Program-made: the position numbers and the translations under genes
Notes under the pieces: generated by a model
Seen by the model: only the letters and a program-made list of their open reading frames with translations
Told to the model about the DNA's origin: nothing
Database searches by the model: none
Assembly (NCBI GenBank): GCA_023130975.1
Contig: JAGMAD010000005.1
Span: 22,933 to 86,932, forward strand
Direction of reading: 5' to 3'
Length of the DNA stretch: 64,000 nucleotides
From: Candidatus Parcubacteria bacterium
GTDB taxonomy: Bacteria; Patescibacteriota; Minisyncoccia; Minisyncoccales; JAGMDC01
Part shown: piece by piece, positions 7,713 through 15,380 of the stretch
Numbering within the stretch: the first letter of the stretch is position 1
Layout: each line of letters starts with the position of its first letter

Positions 7713-9091
7713 TTTAACCGAGTTGAAAATATTAAAAGTAAAGCAAGTTGAAATATAGCTGAAAAAGACAGGGCTAAAGGCAAGCCAATGACTTGAATAT
7801 TTTCTAAATTTTGGATATTGAGAAAGCTGGTCCAAAATTGTTGAAAAGAATTATTAAAAGAAAGTAAATGAACGAAATAAAAACAAAGGAAAACATTTAT
7901 CAGGGTTGCTATTACGCTGGCAAAAGCCGGAATTTTAGTGTTTTGAACAGCATAAAATGCTTTAGCAATCAAAAGAACCAGGGACTGGGCGAAAATTCCA
8001 AAGCAAATCATAGCTAAACAAGCAGAAGTCAATTGGGCGTCTAACAAACTAAACTTCCCTACTCTCAGAATAATATTGACTACTTCTTCTTTAAAAATAA
8101 AAAGGAGAATACTTAAAAATAAACTTAAAAAAAGAATTTTATAAAAAACAGAAAAAAAGATATCATTGAATTTTTCTTTCTGCTTTTTGGCAAATGACAA
8201 ACTCAAGCTGGGAAAAGCAGCCGTGGAAAAAGAAATTGCCACTAAGGTTAAAAGAGGACGAGAAAGATTTTCTGCTAAATTAAAAACAGCTATGCTTCCA
8301 GCGCTCAAAGTAGAAGCAATAATGGTTACTACCACTAAATTAATTTGAGTGGCAGCTAATCCTATAGAGCGAGGAATAGTTAGTTTTATTGTTTTTTTAA
8401 AACCGGGTTCAGAAAAATTAAAAATTTTTTCATACTTAAATCCAGTTTTAAATAAAACCGGAATTTGAATCAAAAAGTGCAAAAGAGCTCCAAAAGCTAC
8501 TCCCCAAGCCAAACCTTTAATACCCATATAAGGAACAAAAAATAAAATGCCGAAAATAATACCAAGATTATACATTATCGGAGCCAAGGAAGTAATGAGA
8601 AATCTTCTAAAGACCCGTAGAATTCCAGAGATTATATTACTCATCCCTAAGATAATCGGGCTTAAAAGCATAATCCTGGTTAAAAGTGTTGTCAGGACTT
8701 TTTTTTCAGCCGAAAAGCCAGGGGCAATCAAAGAAATTAATTGGGGAGCAAATATAAACAAGACGAGAGAAGCGATTATTAAAATAAACAAAAATAAATT
8801 TAAAAGATTGGAGAGATATTGCCAGGCCTTGTCTTTGGAACTAATTAAATACTGGCTGAAAAGAGGAATAATGGCTGCGGAAATAGCACCGGTCATTAAG
8901 ACCATTGTTAAGAAATCCGGGATTTCAAAAGCAGCATAATATATGTCTAATTCGTCTCCAGCGCCGAATTTGCCAGCTAAAAGCCGGTCTCTAATAAAAC
9001 CCAAAAGAGCGCTAATTAAAAAAGCCCCGGCCAATATAAAAGCAGCTGAATTAATGTTTTTGGTTTGGAGGTTAAAAATTCTACGAAACAT
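7700..9091 (-). CDS. murJ: Lipid II flippase MurJ (MviN family)
   Basis: The 463-aa polytopic membrane protein has the N-terminus SAAFILAGAFLISALLGFIRDRLLAGKFGAGDELDIYYAAFEIPD, which is typical of MurJ. Confidence 0.85.
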   Translation of the reverse strand: MFRRIFNLQTKNINSAAFILAGAFLISALLGFIRDRLLAGKFGAGDELDIYYAAFEIPDFLTMVLMTGAISAAIIPLFSQYLISSKDKAWQYLSNLLNLFLFILIIASLVLFIFAPQLISLIAPGFSAEKKVLTTLLTRIMLLSPIILGMSNIISGILRVFRRFLITSLAPIMYNLGIIFGILFFVPYMGIKGLAWGVAFGALLHFLIQIPVLFKTGFKYEKIFNFSEPGFKKTIKLTIPRSIGLAATQINLVVVTIIASTLSAGSIAVFNLAENLSRPLLTLVAISFSTAAFPSLSLSFAKKQKEKFNDIFFSVFYKILFLSLFLSILLFIFKEEVVNIILRVGKFSLLDAQLTSACLAMICFGIFAQSLVLLIAKAFYAVQNTKIPAFASVIATLINVFLCFYFVHLLSFNNSFQQFWTSFLNIQNLENIQVIGLPLALSFSAIFQLALLLIFSTRLKWKQ

Positions 9092-9791
9092 AATTATCTG
9101 ATTTTCTCAAAATAATTATTGGTGTCTGTTCATTTGACTGGCCAGCAGGATTATCTTTTAGTATCTGAAGCAATAACTTATTTTTACTCTCTAAGTCATC
9201 GGTTTTTCCTAAAATATTTCCTCCTAAATCATTTATATCTGCTGCGACAAAAGAAAATCCATACTTTTCTTTTAATTTATTACAGAAATTGTCAAGATTC
9301 TTAAATCCTAATATGCCCATTTCAGCATATTGAGGAAATGCCTGGGCGTAAAATCCGTCTATTTGATTTATTTGATGACCAGCTATTCTGTAAAAAACTC
9401 CCTTAATGCCAAAAATCTTAGCAAAACCGCCTAAAAAACTGGCTAATAAAATTCTGGGCAGGCCAGCTAAGTTAATGGCTAATTGCATTTTTAAAGGATT
9501 GCCGACTGAAAAACCATAAGGGGTTTTTTGAACAAACTTAGACAAAAATTTAGCCCAATGGCTTACTTTAATATCTTTTTTATAAACTATCTTGCCTTGT
9601 GTGATGGCAACTATTTTCTGACATAAAACAATAATATCATTTTTTTGAGTAAAAGGAAGAATATATCTTTCAATAATATTTTCTAATCTATCTTTTGTTT
9701 CAATAAAATGTGTCTTTATGGGATAACGAGCCCATTTTTCTTTGTTAATATTTACAATAAGTTTTTTTTGAGGATTAGATAAAGGTTCCAT
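9081..9791 (-). CDS. CofE-like (F420-0:gamma-glutamyl ligase family) protein, tentative
   Basis: 236 aa. The motif DIIVLCQKIVAITQGKIV and the C-terminal NPAGQSNEQTPIIILR resemble the CofE fold family from memory. No search was run. Confidence 0.4.
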   Translation of the reverse strand: MEPLSNPQKKLIVNINKEKWARYPIKTHFIETKDRLENIIERYILPFTQKNDIIVLCQKIVAITQGKIVYKKDIKVSHWAKFLSKFVQKTPYGFSVGNPLKMQLAINLAGLPRILLASFLGGFAKIFGIKGVFYRIAGHQINQIDGFYAQAFPQYAEMGILGFKNLDNFCNKLKEKYGFSFVAADINDLGGNILGKTDDLESKNKLLLQILKDNPAGQSNEQTPIIILRKSDNYVS

Positions 9792-9830
9792 AGTTTAATT
9801 TTAACTTTTTTAAAGCAAATAAAAAAGCCC

Positions 9831-10220
9831 AAGCAGGCAATAAGCCGAATTCTGTCTTGGGCAATCATTTATCTATCGCCGAGCACTCAAAATTTTGAGT
9901 GCTCGGTCAAGCGAACTACTTTTTCACTTCGGCAAATCCGGAGATTGCCGAAATGCTTGTTCTTGCACCCGATAAGGATTTAGCCGTTTCACTTCTTCGA
10001 TTAACTCGAAGAACTCGCCAAGCACTCAGCAAACTGAGTGCTTGGCGCCTTAGCTCTTTCGAGCTTCGGCGTCTCTGTTCGCACCTCTAACCTTGCGGTC
10101 GACGGCTGTTAGCCGCTATCTTTTTAGACCAAGCACATAAATTATGTGCTTAAAATGGGTGTTCGGACTTTCCTCTAAGCACTCAGCGAACTGAATGCTC
10201 AGCGATTGCCTTGCCTACTT
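9831..10220 (-). ncRNA. rnpB: RNase P RNA (bacterial type A)
   Basis: The minus strand contains GAGGAAAGUCCGAACACC (CR-I) and ACAGAAUUCGGCUUA (CR-V). P1 is AAGUAGGCAA/UUGCCUGCUU and P2 is GGCAAUC/GAUUGCC. About 390 nt, followed by CUUGGGCUUUUUU. Confidence 0.9.
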
Positions 10221-10268
10221 AGACTGTTTCTATAGTAACAAAATAAAATCAACCTGTCAATGCTTTTA

Positions 10269-10712
10269 TCAAAATAATTTTCTGACTTTATTTTGGCTGT
10301 CTAATGCCTCGTTGACTAATCTGTCTGCTTCTTTGTTTTGTTCTCTGGGGATTGATTTAAATGTTAGTTTTTTAAAATCAATTTTTAAATTCCAGACCTT
10401 TAAAAACAAGGGCTGGATATTGGGCTCCAAAATCTTATATTCACCGTTCATTTGCTTGACTAATAATTGAGAATCAGAATTAATTTCAATCTCTGAATTA
10501 TAAGCTGTCTTTTTACCGAATAATAATTTAATTTTTTTCAAAGCAAAAATCACGGCCTGATATTCCGCCTCGTTATTGGTTAAATCATCGCCTAAATATT
10601 GGGAATATTCTTTTAATCTATTACCCTTTTCATCAGAAATTACTACTCCTATAGCTGATGGTCCTGGATTTCCCCGGGAACCGCCATCTGTGTAAATGAT
10701 AATTTTCTTCAT
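10269..10712 (-). CDS. rnhA: Ribonuclease HI
   Basis: MKKIIIYTDGGSRGNPGPSAIG...NNEAEYQAVIFALKK...SDSQLLVKQMNGEYK...REQNKEADRLVNEAL shows the DEDD catalytic residue context. Confidence 0.9.
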   Translation of the reverse strand: MKKIIIYTDGGSRGNPGPSAIGVVISDEKGNRLKEYSQYLGDDLTNNEAEYQAVIFALKKIKLLFGKKTAYNSEIEINSDSQLLVKQMNGEYKILEPNIQPLFLKVWNLKIDFKKLTFKSIPREQNKEADRLVNEALDSQNKVRKLF

Positions 10713-10739
10713 AAATTTTAATGTTTAGAGGCCGAACCT

Positions 10740-11978
10740 CTAAACATTTTTAAAGTATTTAATTAAACATTTTTTAAATTTTTCTAAATTCTCGTTTTTC
10801 ACAGTAAAGCCGGCAGCCGGCGCGTGGCCGCCAAAAGTCATTAAAAGCTTTTGACAGCTTTTCATTGCTTTTACAGCATCCATATTAGAAGGCACTCGCA
10901 CTGCGCCCATACTGTTTTCCTTTCTCTTTTTAAAAATAAAAGTGGGCTTTTTATGCTTATTGCAGACCCTCGAAGCTACCGAACCAATTAAGACATTAGG
11001 CCAGCCAATATCCCCTTCAAAAATTACAGAATCAGAGTTATCTAAAATTCTCTCTTCTACCTGTTCTACAATGTCTTTTATCTGAGAACGTCTTGCTTCA
11101 TTTCTGTCCAATAACTTTTCTACTAAATTTTTTGCTTTTCCCTTGTTCTGGCAAGTAAGAAGCAAGTATGCCTCGGTCAAATGGTCTTTAATTTCGCTTA
11201 CATTCAAAGCAGAAACAATTTTTTGAACTTTTTCTTTTTCTTTTAATCCGCCAGCTGGCGAATTTAGAGAGTTAATTTCAAAAAAAACTTTTAATCCTAT
11301 CCGTTGAGTGTCTTTTAGGGACTGAAGCCCTTTTTCAATATATGTTTTGTTATCTTCTTCTCGAACCATCATATCAGCGATAGTAGCTAAAGCCGCTAAT
11401 TCTAAAAAACTATTATCTAATGAATTGCTCATTTTGTCTTTAAGCATAACCTTCGTCAATTCATAAACAAGACCAGCAGCGGCAAATTCTTTAAAGGGAT
11501 AGTTATCGTCTTTTTGTTTTGGGTCAACGATAATTGAGGCATCTGGCAAAGAATCAATTACCTGATGATGGTCAATAATAATTGTTTCCAAACCAAGTTT
11601 TTTGGCTATTTTAACTTCTTCAAAGTTAGTGATACCCAAATCTAAGGCAATAAGCAGAGCTGGCGAGAGATGCTTTAAAAAAGCCAAGGCATTTTTATTG
11701 ATTCCATAACCTTCATTTTCTCGGTCCACAAAATAAACCTCCACACCATAACGAGGACTGACTTCGTCAGTTTTAGTGCCAAAGGCACTATGTCCTCGTT
11801 TGGTGTGGGGGTAAACAGCAGCAATATTCCCTTCCAAATTCTCAATAGCTTCCTCTAAAATAACTACTGAAGCAGTGCCGTCTAAATCAGCATCACCATA
11901 GATAATGATTTTCTCTTTATTTTTGATTGCCTTTAGAATTCTATTAGCTGCTTTTTTTAAATTTTTGATTTCAGGCAT
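10740..11978 (-). CDS. DHH-family phosphoesterase, RecJ-like
   Basis: IIIYGDADLDGTASVVILEE, the DHH motif (IIIDHHQV) and the DHHA1-like C-terminus GGHAPAAG. It contains a 26-codon insertion, listed as a mobile_element at 11738-11811. Confidence 0.8.
   Translation of the reverse strand: MPEIKNLKKAANRILKAIKNKEKIIIYGDADLDGTASVVILEEAIENLEGNIAAVYPHTKRGHSAFGTKTDEVSPRYGVEVYFVDRENEGYGINKNALAFLKHLSPALLIALDLGITNFEEVKIAKKLGLETIIIDHHQVIDSLPDASIIVDPKQKDDNYPFKEFAAAGLVYELTKVMLKDKMSNSLDNSFLELAALATIADMMVREEDNKTYIEKGLQSLKDTQRIGLKVFFEINSLNSPAGGLKEKEKVQKIVSALNVSEIKDHLTEAYLLLTCQNKGKAKNLVEKLLDRNEARRSQIKDIVEQVEERILDNSDSVIFEGDIGWPNVLIGSVASRVCNKHKKPTFIFKKRKENSMGAVRVPSNMDAVKAMKSCQKLLMTFGGHAPAAGFTVKNENLEKFKKCLIKYFKNV
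11738..11811. mobile_element. 74-nt palindromic MITE-like element inserted in frame in the recJ-like gene
   Basis: The terminal inverted repeats are CCTCCACACCATAACGAGGAC and GTCCTCGTTTGGTGTGGGGG. TAAA direct repeats flank it at 11734-11737 and 11812-11815. Element plus duplication is 78 nt. Confidence 0.7.
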
Positions 11979-11990
11979 ATTACCCCTTGA

Positions 11991-12073
11991 CCCCCCACCA
12001 CTTTGTCAAAAGTCAAAATAAATGAGGAAATATTTAGGAAATTTTAGATGGCGTTTTACAAAGTGGTGGGGGG
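11991..12073. mobile_element. 83-nt palindromic MITE-like element, intergenic copy
   Basis: Perfect 16-bp terminal inverted repeats CCCCCCACCACTTTGT (11991-12006) and ACAAAGTGGTGGGGGG (12058-12073). TTGA direct repeats flank it at 11987-11990 and 12074-12077. Confidence 0.7.
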
Positions 12074-12101
12074 TTGATAAGATTTTATGGTTGTGTATAA
12101 T
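12074..12101 (+). promoter_or_regulatory. Candidate plus-strand promoter TTGATA-N16-TATAAT with no downstream ORF
   Basis: TTGATA at 12074-12079 and TATAAT at 12096-12101. The -35 box overlaps the right flanking TTGA of the element. Confidence 0.4.
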
Positions 12102-12330
12102 GAAAATTGCCATGATAGGCACAATAGGAAAGTTTTGAAAACGCGTGAACCGGGACCATAAAAGTTGCCCATTTGGTAACTTTTGGAAAGGTAGCAATAG
12201 GAATGAGATAGGAGCAACTATCAAATGTATTTTTTAGGAGCCGTTTGGCTCAATGCAGATAGCATCCTATCCTTCTCCTATTGTCATATAGCACACTTAC
12301 AATTTCATAGATTTCATTTCTCACGATCAT

Positions 12331-12367
12331 AAGGTATTGCCATATTAGGAATACCTTCCTTTTTTTA
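12331..12367 (+). terminator. Candidate plus-strand intrinsic terminator
   Basis: AAGGTATT (12331-12338), a loop, AATACCTT (12350-12357), then CCTTTTTTT. It is oriented for the plus strand although both neighbouring genes are on the minus strand. Confidence 0.4.
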
Positions 12368-12390
12368 TTATAATGAGCGTCTCCTAAAAA

Positions 12391-13512
12391 TTACTTTCCC
12401 GAGCATATTGCTTCTATTCCTACCAACTTTTCATCAACTAAATAATCAAGCATTGCGCCGCCGCCAGTGGAAACAAAACTAAATTTTTTAATTAAACCAA
12501 CCCTGGTTAAAAACTCAATCGTCTCCCCTCCTCCAACTACTGAAAAAGCTTTACCTTTAACAACAGCTTTGGCAATCTCTCTTGTAGCTTTAGAAAATCT
12601 CTTTTCTTCAGTTTTTCCCAATGGACCATTCCAAAAAATGGTTTTTGCTTTTTTAATTTTTTCAATAAATATTTTTATTGTTTTTTCTCCAATATCACCG
12701 CTATCCACCCAGTCCACAGGAAGAATAATTTTTTCTGGATATTTAAATTTTACATTCTGCCATTCTATTTCTTTAGGTATCAGGCCGCCAATTAAAACAT
12801 AATCAGTTGTTTCAGAAAGTTTGTTAATCAATTTTACTTTTGTTTTTACTTTGGCGCCGCCAATTATTGCTATTAAAGGTTTTTTTGGCTTAAACATTAA
12901 TTGTTTCAATGTCTCTATTTCTTTTTCTACTGAAAAACCAATACCTGAAGGCAAAAACTTTGGCAGACCAGTAATTGAGGCATGGGAACGATGGCAAACA
13001 GCAAAAGCATCATTAATATAAACCCCGCACCTTTTGTCGGCTAACTTTCTTAATTTAGGTGCTGAAGGTACCTTGCTGACAAAAGGTGCGGGGTAAATAT
13101 CGCCTGTTAATTTTGCCAAGTCCTTCGCAAATTTTTCATTATTTTCTTTCTCCCCTTTGTAAAATCTTAAATTCTCCAAAACAACAATATCTCCTGATTC
13201 CATTTTTTCTATTTCCTTTTCAACCTTATCGCCAATACAATCCGAAAAAAACCTAACTTTTTTATTTAATAATTCTCCTAATCTATTGGCAATTGGTCTT
13301 AAGCTAAACTTTTCTTCTCTTTTTTCCGGCCTGCCGAGATGACTAATTATAATAATCTTAGCTTGATTTTTTGCCAAATATTCAATGCTGGGAATAGCTG
13401 CTTTAATCCGAAAATCATCTAAAATATCCCCTTGTTTTGACAAAGGGACATTAAAATCAGTTCTTAATAAAACTCTTTTTCCTTGAAAATCAAAATCTTT
13501 TAATGTCTTCAT
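12391..13512 (-). CDS. pgk: Phosphoglycerate kinase, carrying a 25-codon element-derived insertion
   Basis: KRVLLRTDFNVP, IIISHLGRP, INDAFAVCHRSHAS, GGAKVKTK and STGGGAMLDYL. The ATG overlaps the stop of the upstream ATPase gene (ATGA). Confidence 0.93.
   Translation of the reverse strand: MKTLKDFDFQGKRVLLRTDFNVPLSKQGDILDDFRIKAAIPSIEYLAKNQAKIIIISHLGRPEKREEKFSLRPIANRLGELLNKKVRFFSDCIGDKVEKEIEKMESGDIVVLENLRFYKGEKENNEKFAKDLAKLTGDIYPAPFVSKVPSAPKLRKLADKRCGVYINDAFAVCHRSHASITGLPKFLPSGIGFSVEKEIETLKQLMFKPKKPLIAIIGGAKVKTKVKLINKLSETTDYVLIGGLIPKEIEWQNVKFKYPEKIILPVDWVDSGDIGEKTIKIFIEKIKKAKTIFWNGPLGKTEEKRFSKATREIAKAVVKGKAFSVVGGGETIEFLTRVGLIKKFSFVSTGGGAMLDYLVDEKLVGIEAICSGK
13023..13093. mobile_element. 71-nt palindromic MITE-like element inserted in frame in pgk
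   Basis: Perfect 16-bp terminal inverted repeats CCCCGCACCTTTTGTC (13023-13038) and GACAAAAGGTGCGGGG (13078-13093). TAAA flanks lie at 13019-13022 and 13094-13097. The total of 75 nt equals 25 codons. Confidence 0.75.
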
Positions 13513-15101
13513 TTTTCGTCTTCTTCTTTTTTCAGGGACTCTTCTAAAACTTCTTTTAATTCTTTAGTATTGATTTCTTTTCTTTCGGGCTTTTCTCTTT
13601 TTTCTTGAACTTTTCTATGAGGAGAGAAAAAAATAGGTTCTTTTTCCACTGCTTCATTCAAGGACATACTCGGTTCTTTTTTATCTTCTGTTTTAGTTAT
13701 TTTTTCAAGGCAGGACTTGCAATAAACAGGCCTTACTCCATCCGGCTTAAAAGGAACTTTTATCAACCTACCGCATTCCTGGCATTGAGCATCATAAAGA
13801 ACTGGCAAGGGCCTGACTGGTTCAGCTTCTTTTATTGGTTCTGACCACTGGCTAATTTTTTCTTCAACGATTTTTCTTTCTGTACCGTATTTGGCCCGCG
13901 ATTTTTCAATAATCTCTTCTCTGTTTGAATCTTCTGGCTTTGATGCAGGCAACAGGGTTTCAGCAGAAAATGGCCTGCTGGCTACACCGTCAATCATTAG
14001 CTTTAGATAGATGTTATATTTGGCTAAATTAACTAAATCAGAGGCAAAAAATTCTGGCATAAATTCTCTTTCTAAAAATTGGGCGTCCTCTGCTCCTATT
14101 CGAAAAGAAGCAATAGTGCCTACGTTGCCAAAAACAGCATCTCTGACTGTTTCTTCCATTTGAGCAATATATTGATGAGCCAGAATTAAGGACAAGCGGT
14201 ATTTTCTGGCTTCAGATAAGATATTGACAAAGGACTCGGTGGCAAAGTTTTGAAATTCGTCTACATAAAGGAAAAAATCATTTCTTTTCTCTTCCGGCAT
14301 ATCCACTCTGGACATTGCTGCTAACTGTATTCTGGTAATTAAAAGGGCGCCCAACAAGCGAGAAGCATCCTCCCCTATTCTCCCTTTAGACAAGTTCAAT
14401 ATTAAAATCTTTCCTTTATCCATCACCTCTCTCATATCAATAGATGATTCAACCTGGCCAATAATGTTTCTAATTAAGGGCGCGGAAATAAACTGGCCAA
14501 TTTTGTTTTGAATAGCTGCTGTGGCCTCTATCTCATATCTTTGGGTATACCTGGCAAATTCTTGAACCCAAAATGCTTTTACTACCGGGTCAGTTACTTT
14601 CTCTATCACCTCTTTGCGGTAATCAGTATCAGCCAGCATTCGATTGATGCCCAAAAGAGTGGAACCAGGATATTCTAAAAGAGCTAAAATACAGTTATTT
14701 AAAATATATTCCATTCTGGCTGACCAAACATCAGGCCAAATCTTTTTAAAGACACCCATTAAGCCGCCAGCCACTAAATGCCGTTTTTCAAGAGCTACTT
14801 CTTCCATAATATTAAAAGCAATGGGATAATCTAAGTCAGCGGGATTGAAATAAACAACATCTTTAATTCTATCCTTGGGCACAAAATCAAGAAGATTTTC
14901 TGCTGCCTCGCCATGAGGGTCAACAAAACCTATTCCCTTACCGTCTCTGACGTCTTGGATAGCCATATTCTCCAGCATAGCTGTTTTGCCCATACCAGTT
15001 TTTCCAACTACATAAAGATGCCGACGTCTATCATCGGTCTTGATGCCAAATTTTTTTCTGATATTACGAAAGTTTGTTTCTCCGAAAAAATTAATGTCCA
15101 T
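13509..15101 (-). CDS. VirD4/TraD-like (type IV coupling protein family) P-loop ATPase with a C-terminal CxxC...CxxC zinc ribbon
   Basis: Walker A VVGKTGMGKTAML, Walker B FFLYVDEFQNF, AHQYIAQM, and the C-terminus CQECGRLIKVPFKPDGVRPVYCKSC. I chose the ATG at 15101 because the ORF-track start at 15110 is TTG. Confidence 0.7.
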   Translation of the reverse strand: MDINFFGETNFRNIRKKFGIKTDDRRRHLYVVGKTGMGKTAMLENMAIQDVRDGKGIGFVDPHGEAAENLLDFVPKDRIKDVVYFNPADLDYPIAFNIMEEVALEKRHLVAGGLMGVFKKIWPDVWSARMEYILNNCILALLEYPGSTLLGINRMLADTDYRKEVIEKVTDPVVKAFWVQEFARYTQRYEIEATAAIQNKIGQFISAPLIRNIIGQVESSIDMREVMDKGKILILNLSKGRIGEDASRLLGALLITRIQLAAMSRVDMPEEKRNDFFLYVDEFQNFATESFVNILSEARKYRLSLILAHQYIAQMEETVRDAVFGNVGTIASFRIGAEDAQFLEREFMPEFFASDLVNLAKYNIYLKLMIDGVASRPFSAETLLPASKPEDSNREEIIEKSRAKYGTERKIVEEKISQWSEPIKEAEPVRPLPVLYDAQCQECGRLIKVPFKPDGVRPVYCKSCLEKITKTEDKKEPSMSLNEAVEKEPIFFSPHRKVQEKREKPERKEINTKELKEVLEESLKKEEDEK

Positions 15102-15380
15102 AATTATCAACGAATAACGAATCAGTTACGAATTTACGAATTAATTGAGCGAGGCAAATAATTTTTGGGATATTAAAGCGAGGGGAATAATTTTTGGGAC
15201 AATCCGCAGCGAATTGGCTTGGTCCCCCTCCTTTTCGCGCTTGCGCAAAAGGAGGGGGCAATTCGCGAGTAGCAGTAAATTTCCGCTGGAGAAATTTGCG
15301 TGTACCAAAAGTTACTCCCTGAGCGAAATTCCTAAAAATCACTCTCTAAGCGGTATTCTCAAAAGTTATACTTCCGAGCG
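15102..15380. repeat. 279-nt repeat- and hairpin-rich spacer inside an otherwise tightly packed operon
   Basis: Four ATTCGT hexamers lie next to the ATG. CCCAAAAATTATT occurs twice. A 35-nt GC hairpin CCCCCTCCTTTTCGCGC-TT-GCGCAAAAGGAGGGGG spans 15224-15258. There are three degenerate units of about 27 nt, CGCT(C/T)NG(A/G)(A/G)AGT..TTTT.G. Confidence 0.6.

Noticed and set aside
5877-7835. The ORF-track version of lepA, which starts at 7835 (652 aa).
   Set aside because: The first 41 codons overlap the murJ 3' end and do not resemble LepA. The conserved N-terminus METIKKQIRNFVIISHVDHGKST starts at the ATG at 7712, 12 nt after the murJ stop.
9899-10470. Plus-strand ORFs 9899..10090 and 10195..10470.
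   Set aside because: Both overlap the minus-strand RNase P RNA or the 3' end of rnhA. They have no protein-like features and begin at non-ATG codons.
12006-12224. ORF 12006..12224 (72 aa, minus) in the pgk to recJ-like gap.
   Set aside because: It starts inside the palindromic element, has an odd composition, and lacks a promoter or start context. The interval is better explained as an element copy plus a possible ncRNA.
15102-15380. Possibility that the ~27-nt repeated units are a small CRISPR array.
   Set aside because: The units are degenerate and directly adjacent, without unique spacers of constant length. No cas genes are in the window.
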